The position numbers were made by a program, and so were the translations under genes. The notes below the pieces were generated by a model. That model saw only the letters and a program-made list of their open reading frames with translations, was not told where the DNA came from and searched no databases. A DNA stretch of 27,759 bases, from NCBI GenBank assembly GCA_035628505.1, contig DASPJR010000027.1, forward strand, positions 1 to 27,759. The letters are read 5' to 3'. This document shows, piece after piece, positions 1 to 8,688 of this stretch. The first letter of the stretch is position 1. Each line of letters begins with the position of its first letter. The stretch is from Planctomycetota bacterium. GTDB lineage: Bacteria; Planctomycetota; SZUA-567; H5-PLA8.

Positions 1-88
1 GGGCCGCCGATACTCGCCGGAGAAGCAGTGTGGGTGCTCTCAGACAAGCAGGGACTTATAGCGATCGGCGGCAAAGACGAGAAGTGAT

Positions 89-433
89 TTAAAATGGCGA
101 GCTGCGCTCGACTTTTGTCCCGCAGTACGCGCACGTGTTCGTCGAAAGCGTGACCGGGCGCTTGCACTTGGGACACGGTTCTGGCGCGCGGACGTAGCGG
201 CCGTCGACTTTGCCATCACGCATGTCGACTTCGCGTACCGCGGCCACCAGATCGGCGTCAGAGAGCTGGCATTTCTGCTTGAGCAGTTCCCAGAGCGCGA
301 CCGTGATGAGGGTCTGATGATCGAGGTCTTCGCGAAGTTTCGCTGCTTCCTGTTGAGCCACGCGCGCGGCATCGGCGGCGTCGCGCGAAGCCTTGCGCGG
401 ATCAGAGCCGTCAGTCGAGGGAAACAACCCCAT
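89..433 (-). CDS. Small hypothetical protein with a C-terminal zinc-ribbon motif (CPKC-x11-CAYC). Start chosen at the second Met (433) because a GGAGG sits 9 nt upstream; the ORF itself runs to 451.
   Basis: Minus-strand ORF 89..451. Has a CxxC...CxxC motif. Sits divergent from the downstream plus-strand gene. Rev-comp of 434-450 reads tgggaggacgcagcact immediately before the ATG. Confidence 0.4.
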   Translation of the reverse strand: MGLFPSTDGSDPRKASRDAADAARVAQQEAAKLREDLDHQTLITVALWELLKQKCQLSDADLVAAVREVDMRDGKVDGRYVRAPEPCPKCKRPVTLSTNTCAYCGTKVERSSPF

Positions 434-507
434 AGTGCTGCGTCCTCCCATCGCAATGTGTGGAGCGTGCGGCCAAGTTTACGTGAAGACCGCCGCGAGG
501 TCATGTC

Positions 508-3282
508 ATGATTTCGCCCGCCACGGAACAAGCTGAGCGCGGTTCGCCGGTGATCGTTCCAGCGCAGCCGAGCCTCACGCATATCCATTTCTTCGGCGGA
601 CCGAACACAGTCGTCGCAAGCGATACGATCCTCGGTGGCAAAGGTTACAGCCTGGCGATGATGAGCAAAGCCGGCCTGCCGGTGCCGCCAGGCTTCACGA
701 TCTCCGCCGAATGTTGCCGCACATTCCACGCAGAAAAAAAGTGGCCCGACGCGCTGGCCGCTGAAGTGGAGCAGGCCGTCGGATGGCTGGAAGCGATGAC
801 GCACTCGAGCTTCGGGGCCGGTGAGCGTCCGCTGCTGGTGGCGGTGCGCAGCGGCGCGGCCGTCTCCATGCCTGGCATGATGGATTCGGTGCTGAACGTC
901 GGTTTGCGTCCTGAGATCGAAAACGCGGTGCCCGGCTTCTGGGACAAGTACCGTGATTTCATCCGTCACTATGCCGAGATCGTTGCTGGCGTCTCGGAAG
1001 AAGTCTTCGAGAAAGCCGCGCCCGGCAAACCCTCCGCATCGAAAGAGCAGGCGCAAATTTTTCTCAAGGCCTTCCGCGAAGCGGCAGGGCGCGAATTCCC
1101 GACTGATCCGCGCGAGATGATTCGCGAAGCGATCAACGCGGTGTTCAACTCGTGGAACAGCGAGCGCGCGGTCAAATACCGCCAGCGCAACAACGTCCGG
1201 AATCTGCCGGGCACGGCGGTGAATGTGCAGTCGATGTGCCCGTCGGAGCTCTCCGGCGTACTGTTCACTGAAGATCCCAATCAACCCGAAGCGCGCCGCA
1301 TTCTCATCGAAGGCACGGTGGGCCTCGGCGAGGCGCTGGTTCTTGGCCATGTAGAGCCCGACGTTTTTGTGATCGACCGCACGACGATGAAAGTCGTCGA
1401 GCGCAGCCTGTCGGATGTGCCGCACCATCTCAGCGATGCGCAGATCGATGAACTCGCCCAGCTCGGCATGAACGTCGAAAAATTTTTCGGCTTCCCTGTC
1501 GACATCGAATGGGGCCATGCCAACGGAAAATTCTCGCTGCTGCAGAGTCGCAAGATCCGCGGACTGGACATTGGCGTCGATGTTCCAATCGCGCGCGCGG
1601 ATGAAATCGAGCGGCTGAAGAGAAAAGCGGGCGAGGAGAAGACAGCCTGGGCGCTGCACAACCTCGGTGAAACGCTGCCCGCGCCGACGCCGCTGACGTG
1701 GGATTTCATCGGCAATTTCATGAACCGCGGCGGCTTTATTACGCTTTATAAAGACCTCGGGTTCATGCCCTCCGCGCGGGTTCAAAAAGAAGGCTTCCTT
1801 GAGCTGATCTGCGGAAAAATCTACGCCAACGCGCAGCGAGCGGGCGAACTCTTCTACGACGATTACCCGCTCGACTACGACCTCAGCGAAGGCAAAGCCG
1901 AACAGTTGCTCGGGCCGCCCTCGAAGTTCAACTTCGAACGCGCCGGCGGCGGATTCCTGCTGAAGCTGCCGTACTTCCTGTTCAAGATGTGGCGCTCGGG
2001 AAAGATTCAACGCAAGCTCGCTTCGCACTGCATTGAGGACTTCGAGCAGCGGTACCTGCCGGCGTTCCTGGAGTACTCGAAAAAAGCACGCGCAAAAAAA
2101 TTGAGCGAGCTCTCGGACGCGGCGCTGCTGGCGGAACTGGAGGAGCGCGACCGCATTGCGCTAAATGATTTTGGCGCTGAGACGCTCAAGCCCGGCTTCC
2201 TGGCTGCCTATTTCCACGATAAGCTCTCCCAGACATTCCAGCAAGTTTTTGGCAAGGAAGAAGGCAGTGCAACGCTCGCCCGGCTGCTGCGCGGGCTGGA
2301 CGGCGACAAGACTGTTGAAATCAACATTGCTCTTTACGAAGTTGCCTGCGGCCGCTTCTCCATGCATCACTTTCTCGAGAATTTCGGCCATCGCGCCGTT
2401 AATGAATTTGAGCTCGCTGAAAAGCGCTGGCGTGAGGACAACAACTACCTGCAGCAGATCATTTCCAACTACAAGCGCGCAGAATCGGCCGAGGCAGGAA
2501 AGCCGCACGCGGAGCCGTCCACGCCTAAGGAACTGCATGAAAAGCAACGCGCCGAACGCGAGCAGGCCGAACGGCAGCTCAGCGCGCAGCTCAAGGAAAA
2601 CGGCGCCTCGTCGCTTGAAGAGGAAATCCTTTCCGAGCTGCGCCTGGTCCAGCGTTACCTGCCTTATCGCGAGACCGGCAAGCATTACTTCATGATGGCC
2701 ATCGCGCTGCTCCGCGAGGTGCTCGAAGAATTCGCTGAGCGTTTCGACCTGGGCAAGGACGCATATTTTCTACATCGCGAAGAGCTCGCGCAGTTCGCCA
2801 CGCGCGGCGAGGAGCTGCGGAAAACAATCGTACAGCGCAAGATCCGGTGGCAGGCCTTCCAGCGGGTGGAAGTGCCAGAAGTTGTTTATTCGGACAAGCT
2901 CGATGCCATCGGCCGCGCGACTTCAACCGCCAAGTCCGAAGGCGGCGTGCTCGAAGGCGTCGGCGTCTCCGCCGGAATCGGCACCGGCACCGCGCGCATC
3001 GTCCGCTCGCCAAGTGAAGCCGGCGACCTGGGCACTGGATATGTATTGGTGTGCCCGACAACCGACCCCAGCTGGGCTCCGCTCTTTGTTCACGCGCGCG
3101 GACTGGTTGTCGAGCGCGGCGGCGTGCTTTCACACGGCGCGATCGTCGCGCGTGATTTCGGCATTCCCGCAGTGGTCTTGAAAAATGCGTCGAAGTTGAT
3201 TCCAAACCGAGCGAGCGTCAAAGTGGATGGCAACAAAGGCCGCGTGGAAGTCATTCACGCTGGCGGTGGGAAAACGCCATGA
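508..3282 (+). CDS. PEP-utilising enzyme family protein, PpsA-like or rifampicin-phosphotransferase-like. Has an N-terminal PPDK_N/ATP-grasp nucleotide-binding domain, a long helical insert and a C-terminal phosphohistidine swivel domain. No TIM-barrel PEP-binding domain is visible.
   Basis: 924-aa ORF. N-terminal GGKGYSLAMMSKAGLPVPPGF matches the pyruvate phosphate dikinase N-domain. C-terminal ...VVERGGVLSHGAIVARDFGIPAVV is the PEP-utilisers mobile His motif. The ORF ends right after the swivel domain. Confidence 0.8.
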   Translation: MISPATEQAERGSPVIVPAQPSLTHIHFFGGPNTVVASDTILGGKGYSLAMMSKAGLPVPPGFTISAECCRTFHAEKKWPDALAAEVEQAVGWLEAMTHSSFGAGERPLLVAVRSGAAVSMPGMMDSVLNVGLRPEIENAVPGFWDKYRDFIRHYAEIVAGVSEEVFEKAAPGKPSASKEQAQIFLKAFREAAGREFPTDPREMIREAINAVFNSWNSERAVKYRQRNNVRNLPGTAVNVQSMCPSELSGVLFTEDPNQPEARRILIEGTVGLGEALVLGHVEPDVFVIDRTTMKVVERSLSDVPHHLSDAQIDELAQLGMNVEKFFGFPVDIEWGHANGKFSLLQSRKIRGLDIGVDVPIARADEIERLKRKAGEEKTAWALHNLGETLPAPTPLTWDFIGNFMNRGGFITLYKDLGFMPSARVQKEGFLELICGKIYANAQRAGELFYDDYPLDYDLSEGKAEQLLGPPSKFNFERAGGGFLLKLPYFLFKMWRSGKIQRKLASHCIEDFEQRYLPAFLEYSKKARAKKLSELSDAALLAELEERDRIALNDFGAETLKPGFLAAYFHDKLSQTFQQVFGKEEGSATLARLLRGLDGDKTVEINIALYEVACGRFSMHHFLENFGHRAVNEFELAEKRWREDNNYLQQIISNYKRAESAEAGKPHAEPSTPKELHEKQRAEREQAERQLSAQLKENGASSLEEEILSELRLVQRYLPYRETGKHYFMMAIALLREVLEEFAERFDLGKDAYFLHREELAQFATRGEELRKTIVQRKIRWQAFQRVEVPEVVYSDKLDAIGRATSTAKSEGGVLEGVGVSAGIGTGTARIVRSPSEAGDLGTGYVLVCPTTDPSWAPLFVHARGLVVERGGVLSHGAIVARDFGIPAVVLKNASKLIPNRASVKVDGNKGRVEVIHAGGGKTP

Positions 3283-4235
3283 TTGAATTTCTCACACATG
3301 TAGTTTTGCCGATCGTGAACGTTCTGTTCATCCCATTCGACATCGCTCTCGGATGGGTGACGGTCTTCGGCTCGCTCGGTGCGCTGATCGCCGTGGGCGC
3401 CCTGACCGGACTGGCGGTCAATCTCTTCCAGAAATTCTGCAGCAACCAGGATCTGCTCGGCCGGCGGCGAGCCGATCTGGAGCGTCTCAAGACCCTCATG
3501 CGCGAAGCCAAGCAGGCCAACGATATAGAGAAGCACGCGCGCCTGTCGGGACTCACCAGCCAGATCAGTTCAAAATACGCGCTCGAATCGCTGCGTCCGG
3601 CTTTTTTCAGCGTGCCTCCGCTCTGCATTCTGGCCATGTGGGTCGGTTCACGCTTAAGTTTTGAACCGGTCCGACCCGGCGACGTCATCGAGGTAGTTGG
3701 AACATTCGAAGAAGGCGCGAGCGGTTTCAGCCACGTCGTGCCGAATGATGGGCTAACAGCCGTCAGCTCACCGATCTCGACAATTGAGTTCAGGAAGTCC
3801 GCGGCAGTCCCGGTATCCGAACCGGCCGCTGAGAATTCTGCGCCTGCTGGAAACATCGCGCAGAAGACGGCTCCTCCATCAACTGCCGATGTGAAACCCA
3901 TTGTGGCTGCTGTCGCGGAAGAACCCACTGCACCCGAAGCACGCTGGAAAATCCGGGCCGAGAAAGAGGGCGAGTTCGCGCTGCAAGTCCGGCATGGCGA
4001 GGATAGCTACGTGCTGCCTGTTCCAGTGCACGCCAAGGGCGGCCGCCCGCCTGAACCCGCTACCGTGTTCCGCACCGACTCGCCAACGCGCGACAAACTG
4101 CTGGCGATCGAATTGAAATTGCGCGAGCCCGTTGCGCCGGCGTGGTGGAACATTTGGATGCAGGCAATGGGATTTTACCTCGTCGTCGCACTTGCGTTCG
4201 GTCTAGGTCTGCGACGCGTCATGGGCATTCAATAG
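3279..4235 (+). CDS. Integral membrane protein of unknown function. Layout is N-terminal TM segments, a charged coiled-coil segment, another TM, a Pro/Ala-rich low-complexity linker and a C-terminal TM.
   Basis: ATG overlaps the upstream stop (ATGA at 3279-3282). Hydrophobic stretches at residues about 5-50, 105-125 and 295-315, with a RRRADLERLKTLMREAKQANDIEKHARL helix between them. Confidence 0.6.
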   Translation: MIEFLTHVVLPIVNVLFIPFDIALGWVTVFGSLGALIAVGALTGLAVNLFQKFCSNQDLLGRRRADLERLKTLMREAKQANDIEKHARLSGLTSQISSKYALESLRPAFFSVPPLCILAMWVGSRLSFEPVRPGDVIEVVGTFEEGASGFSHVVPNDGLTAVSSPISTIEFRKSAAVPVSEPAAENSAPAGNIAQKTAPPSTADVKPIVAAVAEEPTAPEARWKIRAEKEGEFALQVRHGEDSYVLPVPVHAKGGRPPEPATVFRTDSPTRDKLLAIELKLREPVAPAWWNIWMQAMGFYLVVALAFGLGLRRVMGIQ

Positions 4236-4243
4236 CGCGGCGT

Positions 4244-4624
4244 ATGCAAAATCGACGCACGTTCAATGCGCTTCTCGTTCCCCTTTTGACGACCGCACTA
4301 TTGGCGGCCGCGTCTCCTGCCGGAGAAGCTCCGCCCGCGAAGGAACCACTCGGTCGCATACATTTACTGATCAGCGGCCGAGTGCAAGGCGTGGGTTTCC
4401 GTGCCTTCACGCAGGCTCATGCGAAAAAACTTGGCCTCAAAGGCTGGGTACGCAATCTTTCGACCGGCGATGTCGAGCTGGAAGCCGAGGGCAGCGAAGC
4501 AGCGTTGAAAGCGCTCGAGGAAAAAGTGAAGACCGGTCCCGAAGGCTCGCGCGTCGACAAGATTGAACGCAAAGCAGCCTCAAGCGAGGCACTCGGCGAG
4601 TTCGAGATCCGCAAGAGCGATTAG
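4244..4624 (+). CDS. acyP: Acylphosphatase with a roughly 35-residue N-terminal signal-peptide-like extension.
   Basis: Canonical acylphosphatase motifs IHLLISGRVQGVGFRAFT and GLKGWVRNLSTGDVELEAEG. Start placed at ATG 4244, downstream of the upstream stop at 4235. N-terminus MQNRRTFNALLVPLLTTALLAAASPAGEAPPAKE is hydrophobic. Confidence 0.8.
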   Translation: MQNRRTFNALLVPLLTTALLAAASPAGEAPPAKEPLGRIHLLISGRVQGVGFRAFTQAHAKKLGLKGWVRNLSTGDVELEAEGSEAALKALEEKVKTGPEGSRVDKIERKAASSEALGEFEIRKSD

Positions 4625-4676
4625 CGTTCCGGTCTACGCAGCGCAAAACGCCGAGTACGCGGCGCAGCACGATTAT

Positions 4677-4760
4677 AAGGGGTGTTTCAACGTTAAGCAG
4701 TTACCCCTCATCCCGCGTTCGCTTCGCTCACGTCGGCCCTCTCCCCTGAGGGGGGAAGGA
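4677..4760. repeat. REP/MITE-like palindromic intergenic element, copy 1. Homologous to the element at 26150-26295.
   Basis: taaggggtg...gttacccctcatccc and ggccctctcccctgaggggggaagg match the core of the 26.2 kb copy (gttacccctcaccccg...cgctcgctcggccctctccccggaggggagaggg). Confidence 0.55.
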
Positions 4761-4761
4761 A

Positions 4762-5112
4762 TCATACGCCGCGCTCGAATTGCTGGCGTGCCCAACTCCA
4801 CGCTGCGACTGTTTTCGGAAAGCCGACCGTATTCATGGCGAGCAGAATGGCTTGTTCAATCTCATGCTCGCTCGCGCCATTTTGCATCGCGCGGCGAACG
4901 TGGCTGCGCGTGGCTGATTCAAGTCCTGCGCCGACGCAGATTCCGATTTTAATTAACGCGCAGCTTTTTGCATCAAGAGGCCCGGCGGCCTCGACCGCTT
5001 TGGCGACATCCTCGTGAGCCTTCCCGAGTGCGGGAAATTTTGTGACGAAGTCCTTGTACGTTCCCGGCAGCTTCGCGGGCTCTGTCAATTTTTTGTTTCG
5101 GCCTGATGCCAT
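4762..5112 (-). CDS. Carboxymuconolactone decarboxylase family (AhpD-like) protein.
   Basis: 116 aa. CMD-family signature region LIKIGICVGAGLESATRSHVRRAMQNGASEHEIEQAILLA. Lies immediately downstream of mobA on the minus strand. Confidence 0.7.
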   Translation of the reverse strand: MASGRNKKLTEPAKLPGTYKDFVTKFPALGKAHEDVAKAVEAAGPLDAKSCALIKIGICVGAGLESATRSHVRRAMQNGASEHEIEQAILLAMNTVGFPKTVAAWSWARQQFERGV

Positions 5113-5114
5113 GT

Positions 5115-5765
5115 CTATTCTCCCTGCGAGCTGTGTTCGAGAAATCTTTTGAGGGCCTCTGGTGTGTTAACCTGGACGGCACGCGACCAATCGGGCGGCA
5201 ATGCTAGCGCAAAGGGTGAGCTTCGCTCGATCAGGCGCCACATTGCCCGCTGATTCAATGCAATGGCAGCCTCAACGTTAGCGGCAACCCCCACATGATA
5301 AAGGGCCAGCAGCGGCTCCCAGTTTTCACCTTTGAATGCGACGACTTGAGCTCGGTCTGTGCGCGCCTGCATCAACTGAGAAATCCATTCTGGCCGCACC
5401 CCGGCCCAATCGCACGAGACCAGCAGCAGCCATTCCTGTGCGGAATTCCGCGCGGTGCAGTCGCTTAGTGCCGTCTTCAAACCACCCATCGGGCCAAGAC
5501 CCGGAACAGCGTCGGCAATTGTTTCAAAGCCCAGCGAAGCATATTTATCATTTCGATCCGCAACCACGATCAACGAGGACGCAAGCGGGCGCAGCGTGGT
5601 GGCAAGCGACTCCAAAAGCGTGTGCCCGCCGACGCGGGCAAGCGCCTTGTCCGCGCCGAAGCGTGAGCTTTTACCGCCTGCGAGGATGTAAATCGGAAGA
5701 GGTTCGTTCACGCACACAGCGTAATCTGAAAAAGAGGCGGCGGCAACGTTCGTCATTCTCAGCAT
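5115..5765 (-). CDS. mobA: Molybdenum cofactor guanylyltransferase (MobA-like nucleotidyltransferase). True start may be the internal Met at about 5753.
   Basis: IYILAGGKSSRFGADKAL is the MobA/NTP-transferase glycine-rich motif. About 200 aa. Confidence 0.7.
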   Translation of the reverse strand: MLRMTNVAAASFSDYAVCVNEPLPIYILAGGKSSRFGADKALARVGGHTLLESLATTLRPLASSLIVVADRNDKYASLGFETIADAVPGLGPMGGLKTALSDCTARNSAQEWLLLVSCDWAGVRPEWISQLMQARTDRAQVVAFKGENWEPLLALYHVGVAANVEAAIALNQRAMWRLIERSSPFALALPPDWSRAVQVNTPEALKRFLEHSSQGE

Positions 5766-5840
5766 GCTTTTAAAAATCGTGTATGATGCGGGCTCAACGG
5801 TTAAAACTTTTTCGCAGAGCGCGGGCGGGAGAACGGGCGA

Positions 5841-6497
5841 GTGGCGGGAGGCGTCAAAGGTCTGGCGGCAGAGACCACAGCCGGCGCCGGTTCAAACGGC
5901 GGCGCGCCCGTGAACTGGCGCGCGCTGGACGAAGGCCGCCTGCTCAGCGCGATGGCCGAGGGCCACTCCGGCGCCTTCGACGAACTCTTCTCGCGCCACA
6001 GCGGCGCGGTGCTCGCTTTTCTCTCGCGGCTTACGACAACCAAGTGCGATCCCGAAGATCTTCTGCAGGAAACATTTTTACGCGTGCTGACGCATGCCCG
6101 GGATTTCCGGCCCGGCGCGGCGTTCCGGCCGTGGCTCTTCACGATTGCCCGTAACGTCGCATACAATTCCCTGCAGAAACGAAAACTTCGCGCTGAAGTG
6201 GAAGTGCAGACCGATTTCCGCAGCCCGGCCGTGCCGCCTTCAGTCCATGCATCCTCGGCCATGAGCGCCAGCAGCGACCCCAGCGCACGTATGCAATCCC
6301 AGGAACAGAAAACGAAGCTGCTGAAGGCCCTGGAAGAACTGCCGGACGCGCAGCGCGAAATTCTCGTGCTCATCGTTTTCGACAACTTTTCGTATGAGGA
6401 AGCCGCTGCCATAACAGGTGACAGCGAAGGAACGCTGCGCTCGCGCGTGTTCCATGCACTGAAAAAATTACGCGACCGTTTGAAGGAGCCAGTGTAA
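5841..6497 (+). CDS. ECF (sigma-70 family, group 4) RNA polymerase sigma factor. The start could instead be the downstream Met at 5952.
   Basis: Region 2: DLLQETFLRVLTHARDFRPGAAFRPWLFTIARNVAYN. Region 4: LPDAQREILVLIVFDNFSYEEAAAITGDSEGTLRSRVFHALKKLR. Confidence 0.8.
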   Translation: MAGGVKGLAAETTAGAGSNGGAPVNWRALDEGRLLSAMAEGHSGAFDELFSRHSGAVLAFLSRLTTTKCDPEDLLQETFLRVLTHARDFRPGAAFRPWLFTIARNVAYNSLQKRKLRAEVEVQTDFRSPAVPPSVHASSAMSASSDPSARMQSQEQKTKLLKALEELPDAQREILVLIVFDNFSYEEAAAITGDSEGTLRSRVFHALKKLRDRLKEPV

Positions 6498-6582
6498 GCG
6501 ATGGGTGGCCATCACATTTTTCTGATTCCGGACATGTATGTGTCTGCACGTGCAGACCGGTGGCGCTGACAACGAGTGCTCG

Positions 6583-7545
6583 ATGAATAACGATGACGTT
6601 ACACTTCAGGAATTGATCGTCCGCGCGCTCACCGGCCGCGACCATGGCGCGCGCAGCACGCTAGAGGCCGCCGCCGCGGGCGATCCGGAACTCATGCGTT
6701 TCTGCGCGGAACTCGAAGACGTCGTCAGCATGCTGCATGGCTCGCCCGACTGGCGCGCCGCCGCACCGAGCGCAGAACTCACCGCAAAAATCCGCCAGGC
6801 TGTCGTCTCGAAGCTCCCGGCCGCGCCTCCGCACTTCCGCACAGTGATGCTTGAAGCCGACCTGGGCCGCCGCCGTGCGACGCGCAACCTGGTCATCATC
6901 TCGCTGCTCCTGATCGTTGCGCTGATCGCGGCGATTGCCTCGTGGCCCAAGCCGAAAAGCGAAGGCGAACGCCTGAAGCTCAGCGGAAAACTTCTGAGCG
7001 AAGCCGCGTTGAAGGCCGGCGAGCCGCTCAGTGCGTGGACGTTTGCGCGCGAGGAGAAATGGGAAATCCGCGGAGAAGGCCTGCACAGTTCAGGCGGTGA
7101 AGACGCCGGCGCGGCGTTCCTGAAAGAAGCGCTCAGCGCAGACGCCGCGCTGGCGATGAATGTGGACGTTCACGTGCCGGAGCTGGGTGACCGTTCGAAT
7201 GTCACGATTTTCCTGACCGATGCCGAAGGCGAAACAGGCCCGTCGTTTGATGCCGCATCCCGTCCCCGTTCGGCACTGGCGCTGGAGATCGCCGCAGACG
7301 GCCTGGTTCTGAACGGCCCGGGCCGCTCGCTGCTGCACTCCAAGCCCGACAGCAACGCAGACGGCCGCTTTTACCGCATCCGCATGGAATACCTGGGCCG
7401 CTTCGCGCGCGTGCTGATCAACAACGAGACGTTTTTTGATGGTCCCATCCCCCAGCCCATGCGTGGGCCGCTCTATGCCGGCGTCCGCGTCGCCGGGCCG
7501 AAGAAGAACGATATTTTCTTCAACACTGTCCGCCTTGAGCGGTAA
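6583..7545 (+). CDS. Putative anti-sigma factor. Cytoplasmic N-domain, a single TM helix and an extracytoplasmic C-terminal domain of roughly 200 aa.
   Basis: Lies directly downstream of the ECF sigma gene. TM helix NLVIISLLLIVALIAAIASW. Start taken at ATG 6583, since the ORF-track start at 6538 precedes a plausible MNNDDVTLQEL N-terminus. Confidence 0.55.
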   Translation: MNNDDVTLQELIVRALTGRDHGARSTLEAAAAGDPELMRFCAELEDVVSMLHGSPDWRAAAPSAELTAKIRQAVVSKLPAAPPHFRTVMLEADLGRRRATRNLVIISLLLIVALIAAIASWPKPKSEGERLKLSGKLLSEAALKAGEPLSAWTFAREEKWEIRGEGLHSSGGEDAGAAFLKEALSADAALAMNVDVHVPELGDRSNVTIFLTDAEGETGPSFDAASRPRSALALEIAADGLVLNGPGRSLLHSKPDSNADGRFYRIRMEYLGRFARVLINNETFFDGPIPQPMRGPLYAGVRVAGPKKNDIFFNTVRLER

Positions 7546-7605
7546 CTCCAGCACAAGACAGGTCCTGCTAAAAACCACAACCGGCATTTATTCGGAGCTT
7601 TCAGC

Positions 7606-8643
7606 ATGAGCGCAGAAGCGGCGAAGACAGAAACCGGCGGAGCGACGAAGGATGAGCTCGCCCTTGCGGAGAAACTCGCCGAGGCGCGCGACGTTCTCTC
7701 CGAGGAAGTTCACAAGCTGATCGTCGGCCAGGACGAAGTGATCGAGCAGCTTCTGCTGGCTGTCTTCTGCAAGGGCCACTGCCTGATGGTTGGCGTACCC
7801 GGCCTTGCGAAAACCGCGCTGGTCAACACGCTGGGCAAAGCGCTGAGCCTGAAATTTTCGCGTATTCAATTCACGCCAGACTTGATGCCCAGCGACATCA
7901 CCGGCACGGATATCATCCAGGAAGATCCCGAGACCGGCCGCCGGCGCAACGAATTCCTCCCCGGACCAATTTTCAATAACCTGGTCCTGGCTGACGAAAT
8001 CAACCGCACACCGCCCAAGACGCAGGCCGCGCTGCTCGAAGCGATGCAGGAACACCGCGTCACCATCGGCTCAAAAACATACAAGCTGCCCGAGCCCTTT
8101 TTCGTTCTCGCGACACAAAACCCAATCGAGCAGGAAGGCACCTACCCCCTGCCGGAAGCGCAGCTGGACCGCTTCATGTTCCTGGTGAAAGTGGGCTATC
8201 CGACGCGCGAAGATGAAATCGACATCATGCGCCGCACCACGAGCGCCTATAGCGCCAAGGTCGCGCCCGTCTTCAGCGGAGAAGAGCTCAGCGGTTTGCA
8301 GGAAATCGTCCGCAAGGTCCCGGTCGCCGACCACGTCTACGCGTTCGCCGTGGACCTGGTTCGCGCCACGCGCATCTCCGAAGACTACGCCGCGCCCGAA
8401 GTAAAACGCTGGCTCGACTGGGGCGCCGGCCCGCGCGCGTCGCAGTACCTGCTGCTCGGCGCCAAGGCTCGCGCGCTGCTGCACGGACGCTTCCACGCGA
8501 CCGTCGACGACATCATCGCGATCGCCAAGCCGGTTCTGCGTCACCGCATGGTCCTGAACTTCGCGGCCGAGAGCGAAGGGCTGACGACCGATCTCATCAT
8601 TGAAAAGCTTCTCGAAAACGTCCAGGCCGCCTCGAAGAAATAA
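7606..8643 (+). CDS. moxR: MoxR-family AAA+ ATPase.
   Basis: Walker A GVPGLAKT. Sensor/arginine-finger region typical of MoxR ([17 protein letters not shown]; Walker [25 protein letters not shown]). Upstream SD ggag. Confidence 0.9.
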   Translation: MSAEAAKTETGGATKDELALAEKLAEARDVLSEEVHKLIVGQDEVIEQLLLAVFCKGHCLMVGVPGLAKTALVNTLGKALSLKFSRIQFTPDLMPSDITGTDIIQEDPETGRRRNEFLPGPIFNNLVLADEINRTPPKTQAALLEAMQEHRVTIGSKTYKLPEPFFVLATQNPIEQEGTYPLPEAQLDRFMFLVKVGYPTREDEIDIMRRTTSAYSAKVAPVFSGEELSGLQEIVRKVPVADHVYAFAVDLVRATRISEDYAAPEVKRWLDWGAGPRASQYLLLGAKARALLHGRFHATVDDIIAIAKPVLRHRMVLNFAAESEGLTTDLIIEKLLENVQAASKK

Positions 8644-8688
8644 ATTCGTTGTGTCTTCGAGTCTTCGTGTTGAAGAAAGACGCCGCAA

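Noticed and set aside
40-2028. 662-aa minus-strand ORF
   Set aside because: Antisense to the well-supported PEP-utilising enzyme gene. Arg/Ala-rich composition is typical of spurious ORFs in GC-rich DNA and it has no recognisable motifs.
4142-4243. Upstream extension of the acylphosphatase ORF
   Set aside because: It would overlap the preceding membrane-protein gene by about 90 nt. ATG 4244 lies just after that gene's stop and precedes a signal-like N-terminus.
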